From Dendrobates tinctorius (Eukaryota), in assembly GCF_039654945.1 (NCBI RefSeq), contig NW_027361743.1, positions 57,970,001-58,034,000 of the forward strand: a stretch of 64,000 nucleotides of DNA, written 5' to 3'. A program made the position numbers and the translations under genes. Below the pieces are notes generated by a model, which did not search any database, was not told the origin of the DNA, and saw only the letters and a program-made list of their open reading frames with translations. Shown one piece after another: positions 25,044 to 39,335 of the stretch. Positions within the stretch are counted from its first letter, which is position 1, and each line of letters starts with the position of its first letter.

Positions 25044-25392
25044 CTGCTTACTTTTTCGCATGGTGGGCACAGCCACATGTGGGAAGTAAGCGGAACACTG
25101 CAATCCTATGGGTGCGGGATCGCCGCAATTCTGCAAAATTAATGAGCATGCTGCGTATTTTACACAATGCGATTACGCCGCGGGAAAATCCGCAGCATTA
25201 GCACAGCATTGCGGAATCCCATAGGATTGCATGGGATGCTGTTTTTTTGCGTTTTCGCGGCAAAATAGCTGATTTAAAATCGCCACGAAAACACAAAAAA
25301 GCTACGTTTGAACCCAGCCTAAGAGGACTGGCCTAGCTATTGGAATGAGCAGTCAGCCTGCCCCCTTCATACACAGCACTGTCCGTCTCCTC

Positions 25393-26270
25393 TATTATTA
25401 TTATTTATATACCACCATTGATTCCATGGTGCTGTACATGAGAAGGGATTACACACAAATTATGGGTATCACTTACAGTAAACAAACTAATAATGACAGA
25501 CTGATACAGAGGAGAGGACCCTGCCCTTTTGGGCTTGCATGTTACAGGATGGTGGGTAAAGGAGACAGTAGGTTGGGGGGGGTTGCGGCAGCTCCAGTGT
25601 TGGTGAGGCAGTAGCTCTGGCGTTGGTGAGGCGGTAGCGGGGTCATTGCAGGCTGTAAGCTTTCTTGAAGAGGTGGGTTTTCAGGTTCCGTCTGAAGGAT
25701 CCGAATGTGGTTGATAGTCGGAGGTATTGAGGCACAGAATTCCAGAGGATGGGGATATTCGGGAGAAATCTTGGAGGTGATTAGGTGAGGAGCGAATAAG
25801 TGTGGAAGAGAGAAGGTCTTGGGAGGATCGGAGATTATGTGAAGGAAGATATCGGTTGATTAGTTCAGAGACATATGGGGGAGACAGGTTATAGATGGCC
25901 TTGTAGGTCAGTATTAGTAATTTGAACTGGATACGCTGTGGGAATGGGAACCAGTGAAGAGATTTGCAGAGGGGAGTAGCGAGGAGAGAGATGAATTAGT
26001 CGGGCAGCAGAGTTAAGGATGGACTGGAGAGGTGCGAGAGTGTTAGGGAGGCCACAGAAGAGGATGTTTCAGTAGTCAAGGCAGGAGATGATGAGGGCGT
26101 GCACAAGCATTTTAGTAAATTGAGGGTTGAGGAAAGGACGGATTCTGAAGATATTTTTGAGCTGGAGGCGACAGGAGGTGGAAAGAGCTTGGATGTGCGG
26201 TTTGAAAGACAGGGCAGAGTCAAGGGTTACTCCGAGGAAGCGGACTTCTGGTACGGGGAAAGCGTGATGC
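25393..26270 (-). mobile_element. L2 (CR1-group) LINE 3' fragment
   Basis: Minus strand encodes RNLGVTLDSALSFKPHI...LVHALIISCLDY and ends in an (AAT)n tail near 25395. Confidence 0.8.
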
Positions 26271-27427
26271 CATGAATTCTTTTTTGATCAATCTTGTCCT
26301 GTAAGGTAGGTAAACTTTTTTTTTTTTTTTCTTTCAACTTTACTGTTTGACAACCACTTCATGACTTTCAAATAAGTCTGAGATGTGACTTTCAAATAAG
26401 TCTGAGATGTCATCCTCGTCGGATTAAAGAAATAAGAGCTTAAATTTCCTATCTTCGTGGTCCTTGGCTAGCCTGTACACATGAGCTCATCCATCGCCAT
26501 CTTTCTTCTCTAACCCCACTATAAGGTCTGGACACTCAGTGAAGTATGCCATCTATTCCAATGAGAGCTACTCAAATGAAGGATTGAACATGTAAAATTA
26601 TCAAAACACAATCCTTTTCCTTGTGTGAGGGTCCTCGGGATTGATCAGGCAGCTAAAAATTGTCCATGGTATAACGAAGGTTAATAAGGTGATAAACCCA
26701 TTCATTATGGAGCCATGTAATCTTATGTATACGAGTGGGCCGTTGGTGTTAGGGTAGCGATCATTCTGAGAACCACAGCTATTCTTGTTCCTTTAAATGT
26801 CAGGCACATCTCAGAGGAAATGGTATGGACGCACTGTCATCTTAGAGAAGCTCCGCTGCCAAGAGTGACGCGTCCTGCTGAATTATGGAATAGCATGCTT
26901 TTCTCAAATCTGAGCTGCATTAGGACTTGGTGACTGATACATGAGTCACCTTGGTTAGATGACGAGTCAAAATCCAGAGCTGTATGCGTCCAGGGTTTGG
27001 CTCTGGCACCGCCCGTACATCTGACTAGTGGCATCGTACCAACTTCAGCTTTTCCTTTGGCTATCTCATATTTACTATGGAGAGCTCACATTAAGGAAAC
27101 GTGAGAGTATTGCATCCTGAATATTTGTGGCTCCGAATCCTACATGTACAGAACTGCTGTATAATTCCTATATGGTCCTGCAGCTTTTAAAAATAGCGTT
27201 GGTGTAAATGTGGAATTACTGGCAGTCAGGTAATCCGGGACATGCAGGAATGAGTGTGGCAATCATCGCCTGGGCCACATATCGATTCCTGGACTTCAAG
27301 AAGGCCAGGGCCAGTATTACTTGGTACAACAATAATCTAGGAGGGCACCTATTCCCCATGGGGCTGTCTGTGTTTTGTAAACTTCTTGTTTTGTTTTTAA
27401 TTTTAACACACTCTTTGTATTTTTTAG

Positions 27428-27472
27428 ACTATGAGAAGACACAGAAATGAAGTGACCATAGAGCTACGAAAG
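27428..27472 (+). CDS. KPNA3: KPNA3 (importin alpha-4) exon 2, TMRRHRNEVTIELRK (IBB domain)
   Basis: tttttag|ACT...AAG|gtaata, 45 nt. The RRHRNEVT peptide matches KPNA3 rather than KPNA4 (RRQRNEVV). Confidence 0.93.
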
Positions 27473-28304
27473 GTAATAGAATTATATAATTTGATGGTGA
27501 TTTTTGCAGCGTAAATTAGTCCTATCGCCAAGAAAAGCTTATATACCGTTTAGATGTGCCAATCTGCAAATTGAGGGCATGTAAGACTGCTCGTTCCTGG
27601 CTGTCAGCCCATCTAAAGAGGCTTGGATATCACCTTGGCATTAAGATCATCTTTATCAGCAGCACACCGCCCAATGTAAATGCGACATGCTGCCGATAAC
27701 CCGATACTGTATGGGGCAGAATGATAGGATTAGTGATCCTGTGTCCTATCACTTGTTGGATTATGTTAAAAGGTCAATGATTGAACACTGATCACCTTCA
27801 GTCACTTGGACATTTAATGGCCTAGATCAGCTTGTCTAAATGGACCCATAGAATATGTTAGTAACACGTTCATAGCTATTGAAGCAGCAAACCTTTCAAT
27901 TGTATTGGGAAGCGTAGTGAATCATACATGGCATCCCTGCAGTATTGTGGGAGATGGGGTCTGGTAGTTTTGCATCTAGTCCTGGGGATCTTGACCATTG
28001 CATAATGCCCATGGGAATCGATGTTGTGAAACGGCCCTTTCTGCCTTTCTGCATCTTACACTTAGTGAAGTCCATCATTGTGGTTTTTTTTTGTTTTTTT
28101 TGTACAACATACATATAAAATAATGGTATTTTATTAGGACTTGGCATTACGTTAGTCAGTCCAAGTTCAGGGACCACCACTGATGCTGGAAATGCAGCCA
28201 CATCTTTAACTTGAATTGTACAAGAACAGTGGAGGGAGGTCCCAGTTGGTCAGACCCCCACCGATCATAAAGTGATCACTTATTCTTAGCAATATGCCAT
28301 CCCC

Positions 28305-28605
28305 TTGAGACTAGAAGGATCAACTTTATTCTCATTTGCAAAAGGAAAGACTAGAAGCAATGGGATGAAGCTGAATGGGAGGAGACACAGATTAGATATT
28401 AGAAAAAACTTTTTGACAGTTAGAGTGATCAATGAGTGGAACAGGCTGCCACGAGAAGTGGTGAGTTCTCTTTCAATGGAAGTCTTCAAACAGAGGCTGG
28501 ACAGACATCTAACTGGGATGATTTAGCGAATCCTGCTTTGAGCAGGGGGTTGGACCAGATGGCCCAGGAGGTCCCTTCCAACTCTACGATTCTATGATTC
28601 TATGA
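28305..28605 (+). mobile_element. CR1 LINE 3' end
   Basis: TRSNGMKL...RKNFLTVRVINEWNRLPREVV, followed by an (ATTCTATG)n tail. Confidence 0.92.
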
Positions 28606-29208
28606 CTAAAATACCCCTTTGACATGCATTAAATCTTTTAGCAGGTGTTTTTTCTCCACTTGTCTTGTGAAAAATTACATGCATGTCACAAGTTGTTAGT
28701 ACACAGTGCTTGGAGGGAACCTGTCAGCGAAAAAGAAACAACTGCGGGTATAATGATGATCTGCAGGTAAACATCATTTAAAACATATTCAAGGGTTCAT
28801 GGAAGAACAGTAGGGAGAAAATGAAATGTTACATTCCCCATTCAGTGGCTTGCCTCACAGTAAATGTGCTGTGATCAAGATCTCGCTTCTGACTTTCACA
28901 TGCCCTGCTGCCATTCAATTTTTTTAGGGGTGTGATAACAGCGCGCTCACTGTGTGGCGGGTGGTGACCATAATCGCTCCCTGCACCACCCTGATGACTG
29001 GAAGTGAGTGGTTGCTGGGAGAATATAACTTAAGTTTCTCCCTGCTGCTGCAGAAGGAGTTTACTTGCAGATTCTGACTCTCTGTAGGTAAATACCATTT
29101 TTGGGGAGAGAGTGGAAAAGGGAATTTGGCTAAAAGGTGCCCAGAAATGTATACCTTTTAGATCACATCTGTTGCTCTCTAATTCATGACCTAAAAGTGC
29201 GTCATTTA

Positions 29209-29940
29209 GGCTATGTGCCCACGTTGCAGAAATGCTGCGGAAATTTCAGCAACATTTCCACACTCCCACTATGGGTAAAACGCATGCGAATTCGTGTGCG
29301 TTTTTCCCGTGGAAAACAAGCGTTTTGCAAGCGTTTTTCGCTTGCGCATTCCAAGCGATTAGCATCGCTTGGAATGTGATACGTAGGATGTTAAAATAAT
29401 TAAAAAAATTAAAAATATTGTTATTCTCTCCGACGGCCCCCTATCTCCTCTCCATGCTCCCGACATCTTCCGGTCCCAGTAATGCTTTGCGCGAGGGACC
29501 CAAGATGATGTCACGCTCGCAAGAGCACAACGTCATCTCGGTCATCCGCGCAAACCATTACTGGGACTGGAAGATGCCGGGAGCGTGGTGAGAGGCGGGA
29601 GGGACTTCGGTGGTCGCTGGAGGGTGAGTATATCACTATTTTTTATTTTTATTCTATTTTTTACAGGATTATAGTACCCCGGGCCTGGAGGGAGAGTCTC
29701 CTCTCCTCCAGGCCCTGGGTACCATCCGCACATGAAAGTAAGCGGATCAATGCATTCCTATGGGTGCGGAATCGCCGCAATTCCACAAAAAGAATGGGCA
29801 TGCAGATTTTTCCGCTATGCGGTTCCGCAGTGGAAAAATCTGCAGCATTAGCACAACATTGCGGAATCCCATGGGATGCGGGGGGTTTTTCATTTTCACG
29901 GCGATTCCGCAGCGGAAAAACGCAACGTATGCACACAGCC
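29209..29940. mobile_element. Harbinger-type MITE with internal palindrome
   Basis: tta|GGCTATGTGCCCACGTTGC...GCAACGTATGCACACAGCC|tta. Confidence 0.78.
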
Positions 29941-30182
29941 TTAGGCAGCGTCTATAGACACTTATTGTAATGATGCAGCTCAGACATCCTACTGTAACAT
30001 GAGAAGCATCTTGACACCAGTTATTTCTTCCATTTTTTTTTTTCCATCATGGCTAGCTAACTTTTCTATTTCTTGCTTGTGAGTTTGTCGCTTGCACCTG
30101 ATGTCCTGACTCCTCTCCATACTCACCGTCTGTTCCCACTTCATAACCTCTACTGAACTTTCTTGTTGTATTTCCCTTTCAG

Positions 30183-30272
30183 AACAAAAGAGACGAGCAC
30201 CTCTTGAAAAAGAGAAATGTTCCCCAAGAAGAAAGCTTAGAAGATTCTGATGTAGATGGAGATTTCAAATCA
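30183..30272 (+). CDS. KPNA3: KPNA3 exon 3, [30 protein letters not shown]
   Basis: ttcag|AAC...TCA|gtatgt, 90 nt. [14 protein letters not shown] is diagnostic of KPNA3. Confidence 0.96.
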
Positions 30273-31561
30273 GTATGTACTGCATTGTCACTTGCGGTGT
30301 GGTCCAGGGTGACTGAGAAGCCTCGAGTAATGTTTTGTTATAAAGTCTCTAAATGGCCACAATAGCCTTCATCTACAGTGATCTTGAAAGTGAAAAGAAG
30401 TCTATTCAAGTCTAGAAGACTTACAGGAGCAGGCTCAGCATTACGTTTACTATTCTGTGATGTCCATAGACTGACATTTGTGGCCATCTCTCCATTCATT
30501 CCCTATTGAGTCCGTTGCAGCGGCTGCCTCCAGGGACTTCCATTCTCTTGATAAGTCAGAGCTGTGTGTCTTGTTTAGTGCATGTCCTGAGGATAAGATA
30601 AGAATATCCAATTAACCTTACCCTTGTTTTTTACCCATTGAAGCACCCACATTGACCACACGAGTCTTAGAAATGCCAAAATGCCAAAGCTCTCCTGGTT
30701 CCCCGCTGGTTTAGTTTTTCCAAGACCTACCACTAGTGCAGTCCCGCTGCAGCCAGTCATTGGCTCTAGAAGGCAAGCTGTCTGAACCAGTGAAGTCATG
30801 GATGGCAGTGGTCACATGTTGTCGACAGATCATCACTGATGCCATGTAACCAGGCACTGCCAGGGGAGCTGCAGTGTCGTAAGAGTAGTTTATGCCACCA
30901 TCATATATAAGATTACCCTCTGGAAGAAAAGCAAATTGGACAAGTTTTTAGAGGTTCATGTAGCATTAGTAATTGCTGGCTTATGGCTGAAAATAAAGGA
31001 ATAGCTCATCAGTAATATCCACTAGTCAAAAAATAAAAAGCCAGCTATATAAAAAAACATACCATGCCTTGGTCCTCTGTGGTGTCTTGTTATTGTCTGC
31101 AGTGCTGAATTCACAATGCAGTAAAAATAAGTTTCACAACTGAATGTGTTCAAAAATAAATAAATAAAAATCCCTTTGCTGAGTTAATGTTATAACTGAG
31201 CCCCTGATTTGTAATGGCCGTGTCTGACTGTACAGGGACATGGCCTAATCAAACCACAGCTTCTGTGCAGGGGAGGACGCAAAAGATACAGACAGGACAG
31301 CACGGGTTTGTAGCTGATTCTTCCTGTGAGGTAAAAGGCAGGGAAATGTTTTGTCTCACAAAAAGAATCAGCCGTGATCCCATGCTGTCTTATCTGTATA
31401 GTTTCCTCCCCTGCCCATGAGCTGTGGTATGATCAGACCATGTCCGGTCATACACAGCAGGGGCACATTCATGTACTTAAATCATGCGGAAAACCCCTTT
31501 AAGCACAACCTATTCCTGTCAGCATGCAATCTACTAAACTATAACTTTGCTTCCATTGCAG

Positions 31562-31591
31562 CAAAATGTAACACTAGAAGCAATACTACAG
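31562..31591 (+). CDS. KPNA3: KPNA3 exon 4 (30-nt microexon), QNVTLEAILQ
   Basis: ttgcag|CAA...CAG|gtatgt. Matches the recalled human KPNA3 peptide and fills the gap between exons 3 and 5. Confidence 0.93.
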
Positions 31592-32795
31592 GTATGTATC
31601 TGCATCTGAGTTTATGTGGAACCTGCTTTGGCTTTGCTTTGCCTGTCCGTCAGCGAATTTACTTTCACTTTTAAGGAATGTTCACACAGGGTGGATTTGT
31701 TTTGCAGAACATTCCTTGTATCACATGTATGGACTGAATTTGAAATCTGCCACATGTGAACATGATAAAGGCTGGAATCACACATGTGGTTATTATGGAA
31801 GTTTTTCATTCATTTTTTTTTTTATGTGAATAGGAGGGAGGAGCTAGAAGCAGAGCTCCTCTCTCTTATCCATAGTCTCATCAGTAGCAGTGCCATCTCC
31901 TGTGTGGATAGGAGGGAGGCGTAAAAAGCAGAGCTCCTCCCTCCTCTCACTGCACCATTACATCCTACATCAGGAAGGGTTACCGACGTAATCTAGTTAT
32001 AACAAGTTATCACCAATCGGATGTAAGCACATATCCATGACCACCGCTCCTTTCAAACACTGGATGCAAGACCCAAGTTCTGTTGAATGGTGGCAACTGG
32101 ACCCCCATTGATCTAGAAGTTACTATCCATACTATAAATATGTGATAGCTTGATATACCCAGAATATCCCTTTATTCCCTTCCCGCAAATGGACATGGAC
32201 TGTGTGTGCAGATTGCAAATGATTTCCCACAATCGGGCATACAGTTGTGCCTCAGAGATGGCATCGGCACAGAGGTTGTGCTCTTGCTATCCACACCAGG
32301 AGAAGTCTGCTGTTCACTGCTGAGCTGCTATGTACCCTGGAGCCTGACCAATATCCCACCACTTGAAACCCTCACTATGTCACTGCCACTACATGAGGAG
32401 TTTGACGGAGGGAGAACACTCCCTTTGTCAGCACCCTGCAGCTTGTCCGCAGTGTGCCCATGGTTTGCTATGGCAAATAGACACACCACAGTGGCTACAC
32501 AGATCCAAGTCCCCTTGTATTGTAAAAAGAATAATGTATCTCTGCGCTTGTAATGACCTGTACTATAAAAGTAGATTATTTTTTTATTTTTTTTTACCCT
32601 GAGTGGTGAACGCTGTAATAGAAAATATGAGAAACACGGCCAGTATTTGAGTAGAAAGTAAATGATCAAAAATTCATTCATACACTGAAATGTTATCAAT
32701 AAAAACGTTCTAGAAAAAAACAGTCCTTAAGCATCTCTGTAGACGACATGAGAAAAGCTAGGGTTTTTACAATGATGACCAGGAAAAAGATTTAA

Positions 32796-33221
32796 AGGGG
32801 TTGTCCCCTATTAGGACAACTCCTTCTTAAACCATATGTTCAGCCCTGATAAAATAATAGCCTGTACTCGTCTCCCGTGCCGGCGCCATTACAGCTGTGT
32901 CAGAACTCGCTCTCCCTGGTGCTGTGATGCGATGTTGACACGTGACGCCAGCGCTGCCATCACTGTCTCCAGCTTCGTATGAACTGAACTTGAGGAATCC
33001 AGGGCTGCAGCTGGTCTTGGACGACTTCGTGTTCAGTTTGTCCGAAGGCGGATACAGAGACGCCAGCGCTGATTGGACACCAGACATCACGTGTCACATC
33101 CCCGGGACCACAAGTGCCGACACCGTGGGAACGGCACGGGAGAGGAGTATAAGCTTTATTATTTTATCGAGGCCGAACATTTAGTTTAAGAAGGAGATAT
33201 CCTAGTAGTGGACAACCCCCT
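32796..33221. mobile_element. T2/Kolobok-type MITE
   Basis: TTAA TSD; AGGGGTTGTCC / GGACAACCCCCT; palindromic body. Confidence 0.75.
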
Positions 33222-33456
33222 TTAATTTTTTTTCTTTCAAAAAGTAGTAAAACATTTAGAAAAAAAAAAGACAAATTTGGTCTCCTTATAATGGTATTAA
33301 TGTGCAGAATTAAGTTAATGTCAATTATACTACACGGTGAGCTTTATTGCCTCTTTCTCTCGGTCTCTGGTAGTATGTATTTCGCAGATCCCATATGCAC
33401 TGATTCTTATACCAGGCTCCTCTTGTTAACGCTTCTTTTTCTGCATTATGTTTTAG

Positions 33457-33509
33457 AATGCGACCAGTGATAACCCAACAACTCAATTAAGTGCTGTCCA
33501 GGCTGCGAG
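33457..33509 (+). CDS. KPNA3: KPNA3 exon 5, NATSDNPTTQLSAVQAAR
   Basis: ttttag|AAT...AG|gtaaag, 53 nt, ends in phase 2. Confidence 0.95.
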
Positions 33510-33589
33510 GTAAAGTCGCGGCATTATCTGCCGTGTTATCATAGTTGCATATGCCGCCCCTGACATACTGAGTCATTGTTTTCTCTTGA

Positions 33590-33709
<120 letters not shown>

Positions 33710-33770
33710 TAAGGACTGCAAGTCTTTTTTCTTTTCGTAATGCTCCGAGACCCGTCCTATATGCCAGTAG

Positions 33771-33986
<216 letters not shown>

Positions 33987-35340
33987 TGAACTTGGACGCC
34001 TGTCTCCCGACCCAGCTTGACCACTTCATATATTTCTATGAAGCTGTCACACTCTGGTCTGGAGACCGGCAGCCAGTACATGCATTGCGGTCCGATCTCA
34101 GACTGATTTGCACGAACTTCCGAATGAGCCCCCTCTAGAACAACTAATGTTTAATATAGCACAAGACTATATAAATGACTTAAGGGTCCCCTGTCTGTTT
34201 CTAATAGAGCCTCTAAGAATTGATTTAGTTGTTGATCATAATGGCAAATTATAAAATTGTAGTGCCCTACACTGGCCACAAGAGGGAGCTCCGCTTCTGC
34301 AGTATTAAAACTTATTTTTATTGTTCTTCAATACTATATTCCCCAGTGTAAAATAACAGATACTACTCTCCCACTCCGGCACCATCCCATCAATGCCAAG
34401 TCTCCCATTATTTTGTCACGTGAGCACTGCAGTCAATGAGTGGCTGCTCATGGGCTGCAGTTTTCACACTTCCATGGATAGCTCCGTTTCATCTGAAGGA
34501 AGTTACAGCCCCTTAGTGACCATTGATTGGCCTCAGTGCTCACATGGTACAACAGTGAGAGACCCTGCGCCGACATTGCTGGAAAGTCGGCAGCACGGGA
34601 GGTATCCATTCTTTTTTTTTTTTCTCATGGGGGGGAATATAGTATTTAAGAACGAGTTGCCAAAGTAGTGGACCAACTCTTTTAAGAAGGAGCTGTCTGA
34701 ATAGTGGACAATTACTTTACTAAATCCAGTGAACATCATACATAGGTTCACTGTAATTTTGAGACTTTAATTTAGAGCTGAAGTCACACAAAACAAAACG
34801 TTCCTCTCTGACATGTTATAAGTTATGTGTTAGTAAGATCTGTTGAAGTCGCTCTCTGCTGCATCTTTACAAACCTCTAAAAGCGCAGTCCAATCATTGT
34901 AGACAGATATGTAGCTCCTGTGTGATATTTCTGTACTGTCGGACATAATTGCCAATTCCACAAAGAATTTTTGCCAAAATTCTGCTGGAAAGCTTTTGAA
35001 ATCCCTCCAAATTTTTTGCACAAATCAAGTGTGCAAAACATTTGCAGTTGGCATTGTTACTCCAATCCCTGCCAGCTCCAACGAATAGAACAGTGTAGTG
35101 AAGCCCACCTGACAAATACATCATTATTTACGCCCCTGGCTGAACGCAGGCGAATAGTAGTTGCACCAAAATCATTGAGGCAAAATTCCGCTTAATGCAT
35201 GGAGTAAGATGAGCCAAATTCATTAAGACTGGCTCTGATTCATTTGGATTGGCGTTCTCTATGCCAGAGTCTCATGGGTTTTTTTTTTTTTGCTTTTGTA
35301 GATGTCATTAATTTCCATTAATTTTCTTTCCTCTGCACAG

Positions 35341-35427
35341 ATGCTGTCCCCCTATTTCTGAGGCTTCTTCATTCAGTGCATCAAAATGTCTGTGAGCAAG
35401 CAGTCTGGGCACTTGGAAATATCATTG
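35341..35427 (+). CDS. KPNA3: KPNA3 exon 8, [28 protein letters not shown]
   Basis: gcacag|AT...G|gtaaga, 87 nt. Confidence 0.96.
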
Positions 35428-38400
35428 GTAAGAATCGTTCATTTCTTTATCGCTTCATAGTCAAGCAAAAGTTTGCAGGAACCTTTGTGCCCGATCATTA
35501 CCCTGTATAAATATTCCCGGGGACCAGCTGACAAATGAGCAAACCCCTATTTGTGGGCTGATCCTGCACATGATCATTTGCGGATGGCACACCCTTTCAT
35601 GTAAACTGTATGGGGACAGATGAGTGTAGAAGCACTCGTTCACTCCTGTACAACATGCACAATGATCTATCGCATGTAAATGTAAGGAAACCAGCGTCAA
35701 TCAACTTGCCGTATTATCTATCTGTGCTCATTGCAGACAGAAAAGGACCCATACATGCACACACAGTGTATACACAGTGGATTTTCTAGTTAGAAAATCT
35801 GCCGTCAAGTAGACGTTTTGTATGAGATTTTAACCCCTTACCTACAATTGACGTAATATTCCGTCCATGTGACCATGGACCTAATTACCATGGACGGAAT
35901 ATCACGTCATCGCGATCAGCGGCGCCCACGTGGTGAGCGCCGCTGATCGCGGCCGAGTGTCAGCTAATTATCATAGCTGACACCCGGCACAATGTGTCAG
36001 GGGCGGTCACGGACCGCCCCCGACACGTTAACCCCATGCACACCGCGATCAAACACGATCGCGGTGTACCGGGGGTTAAAGGGAAGCATTGGCAGGGAGG
36101 GGGCTCCCTCCGTGCTTCCCTGAGCCCCCCACGGCAGTGCAATGTGCAGCGCTGCTGCCGGGGGCTCCTTTCCTGCAGGTCCCCGGATCCAATATGGCGA
36201 CGGGGACCTCCGGGGGCCTGCAGGAAGCTGGCTTCCTCAGTGCCTGCAAAGCGCAGGCATGAGGAAGCCTGTGCAGTGCCTGTGACAGATCGCTGATCTG
36301 TCACAGTGATCTGTGATGTGACAGATCAGCGATCTGTCACAGGACAGTTATGTCCCCCCTGGGACATTGTAATAAAGTAAAAAAAAAAAAAAAGTGTAAA
36401 AATTTTTAAAAAATCGCTAAATAAATTAAAAAAAAAAAAAAAAATATTCCCCAATAAATTCATTTTATGGAAATAAAAAAAAGCAAAAAAAACAATAAAA
36501 GTACACATTTGGTATCGCCGCGTCTGTAACGACCCGCCCTATAAAACTGTCCCAATGGTTAACCCCTTAAGCGAACCCCTTAAAAAATTAAAATAAAAAA
36601 CGAAGCAAAAAATAATGATTTATTATCATACCGCCGAACAAAAAGTGCAATAACGCGCGATCAAAAAGACGCATATAAATATCCATGGTACCGCTGAAAA
36701 CGTCATCTTGTCCCGCAAAAAACGAGCCACCATACAGCATCATCAGCGAAAAAATAAAAAAGTTATAGCTCGCAGAATAAAGTGATGCAAAAATAATTAT
36801 TTTTTATATAAAATTGTTTTCATTGCATAAAAGCGCCAAAACATAAAATAACTACCTAAATGAGGTATCGCTGTAACCGTACTGACCCGAAGAATAAAAC
36901 CGCCTTATAAATTTTACCGCACCCGGAACGGCGTAAACGCACCTCCCAAAAGAAATTCATGAAACGCTGGTTTTTGTTCATTCTGCGTCCCAAAAAACGA
37001 AATAAAAAGCGATCAAAAAATGTCACATGCCCGAACATGATACCAATAAAAGCGTCAACTCGTCCCGCAAAAAATAAGACCTCACATGACTCAGTGGGTC
37101 AAAATATGGAAAAATTATAGCTCTCAATATGTGGTGATGCAAAAACTATTTTTACAATAAAAAGCATTTTTTAGCGTGCGACAGCTGCCAAACATAAAAA
37201 CCGCCATAAATAGTAAATCAAACCCCCCCCGTTATCACCTCCTTAGTTAGGGAAATATAATAAAATTAAAAAAATGTATTTATTTCCATTTTCTCGCTAG
37301 GGTTAGGGTTAGGGTTAGAATTGGGGATTTCCACTATTTGCGCACATCAGGTGCTCTCCAAACGCAACATGGCGTCTGATCTCAATTCCAGCCAATTCTG
37401 TGTTGAAAAAGTCAAATGGTGCTCCTTCCCTTCCAAGCTCTGCCATGCACCCAAACAGTGTTTCTTTATCACCTTATTGGGGGACACAGAATACCATGGG
37501 TGTATGCTGCTGCTGCTAGGAGGCTGACACTATGCAAAACAAGAAAATTAGCTCCTCCCCGGCAGTATACACCCACCGACAGGCACTAGGCACCTCAGTT
37601 TGTGCTTAGTGTCTGTAGGAGGCGGACCGGGATCTTCCCAGATCCGCAATTAACCTTTTCTTTCCTTAGGTGTTCTAGTGTGAACTTTTTAATTCTCTTG
37701 TCTTTTATTTTGCAGATTCAAGTCGGGAAACAGGGTGAAAGTTCACTCTGCTTTCCCATATCAGGCGGCTGAGCAAGCAGTGTGGTGATCCCACATCGCA
37801 ACTCTCAGTGCGCTGGAAGGACTTTGTCCCATATCACCTCCGGGTGCTATGGGATGCGGACAGGTGGCTGGTCCTTGCCAAAATCCTCCTCCTCACCCCT
37901 CTCTCGGGACAGGGCTGAGAGGAAGACGCCGATCGCAAGATTCCCCTCGCCATCAAGAGGTTAATGCCGTCTTCTACAGAAAGCGGGTACAGAGGACAGC
38001 GACTACCCTTGTGAGGGGCCCCTGTGGTCATCCTCTTCAGGGACTTCAGGTAGGTGCCTGAACGATCCCTCCAGCCCGCAGCATCCCCAAGTGGCACATT
38101 GGTGGGTAACTGGACATCACCAGGCTATTTGAATTTCCTGCCCCTCTCCCTGCCTGACGGGCGCCGCTCTCACCAGCCGCGCGCCTCTCCAGTCATATAT
38201 TACCGGGCTGAATACAGGGATTTTCTCTCCCTGTTTTCATAGCTGGCCATGGTTTTCCACAGCTCTCCTGCGCGCCAGTACCTCCATTACAGGGACTTTA
38301 TCTTCTCCTTCCTGGGCGATTTAATCACGGGGCTGCGGTGCTGACTTTCACTTTCACTTTCAGTTCTGCTCCCGCTCTCAGGGCGCCTCCTCCCCTTCTG

Positions 38401-38679
38401 AGCGCGCTTTCCTCGCGCCTTTTTTAGCCCATCACAGGGCTCCTCATCCCCTTCCTTCATGTCAGCTCCAATTGCGGCTCAGCCGCTAAGCTCCGCCCAC
38501 CGCTCACCTCATCAGGCATTTCCTGTTTCTTCGGTCCTGCCTTTCTGCGCTGCATGGGGGACACTTCAGCGTTTCTGCTGCTCGCCGGAACTAGGTAGGC
38601 TCTGCTCTATGCAGAGATATTAGCCCTCCTCCGCAGTTCTTTCCCCAATTTCCGCGGACATTCAGCGCAGTTTTTCCTT

Positions 38680-39335
38680 ATGCACAACCCTGCAGGGGAG
38701 CTCCGTTTCAGGCCCACCGCTACTCATTACGCCTGTGCGCGCTGTAAAAGGAAGTGGGCTTCGGGTCAGCCATCTCCTTTCTGCCCGTCCTGCAGTCCTT
38801 CAGCTATGTCGGCCTCTCAGGAGCACACAGATCCCCGTGATGGGGGCACTTCTCCTCTCCCAGAATGGGCCGTAGCTATGTCTCAGTCGGTATCCGATCT
38901 GACCAAAGTTTCTCAGTCCCTGGTCCAGGTCCTAGAACGTTTGCCTCAGCTATCTTCAGCCACCGCTGCTCCGACCGCCTCTCAGGGTGAGTCGTCCGCT
39001 CCTGAGCGCGACCTTCAGAGGGACAGGCCGAATAGGATGTCCAGGAAGCGTCTCCTATCGGGCTCGTCTTCCAGTTCGCTAGGCCCGTCTGCTTCACCCA
39101 GGTGTCCGTCTCCTTCAGTGGACGACCTTGGGTCAGACGACGATCCACAATCAGGATCTAGTTCAGAAGCAGATGACATGTCTAAAACACGAAGTATGGT
39201 CGATAGTCTTCTTTCAGCTATTTTCCAAACCCTGGAGATTAAGCAGGACAAGCCCCTTCCTCAGGAATGTTCTGTCCCATTTAAACGTTCTAAACCTCCA
39301 TCTAAAACTTTTCCAAACCACTACGAGTTTGATAC
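38680..39335 (+). CDS. DIRS-B ORF1 (gag-like), 5' part, with CxxC...CxxC motif; truncated by the ERV
   Basis: YACARC...FCPSC; joins in frame with 49562-50387 after removing the ERV and one TSD copy. Confidence 0.85.

Larger units (their letters stand above)
21524..25319. mobile_element. Harbinger-type MITE (~0.9 kb, internal palindrome) interrupted by a hAT element
   Basis: TAA TSD; GGCTAAGTTCACA / TTTGAACCCAGCC; uninterrupted relative at 29209-29940. Confidence 0.7.

Noticed and set aside
26362-26410. Short local tandem duplications (also 5369-5418) and poly-C/poly-G tracts
   Set aside because: Ordinary slippage products with no further structure
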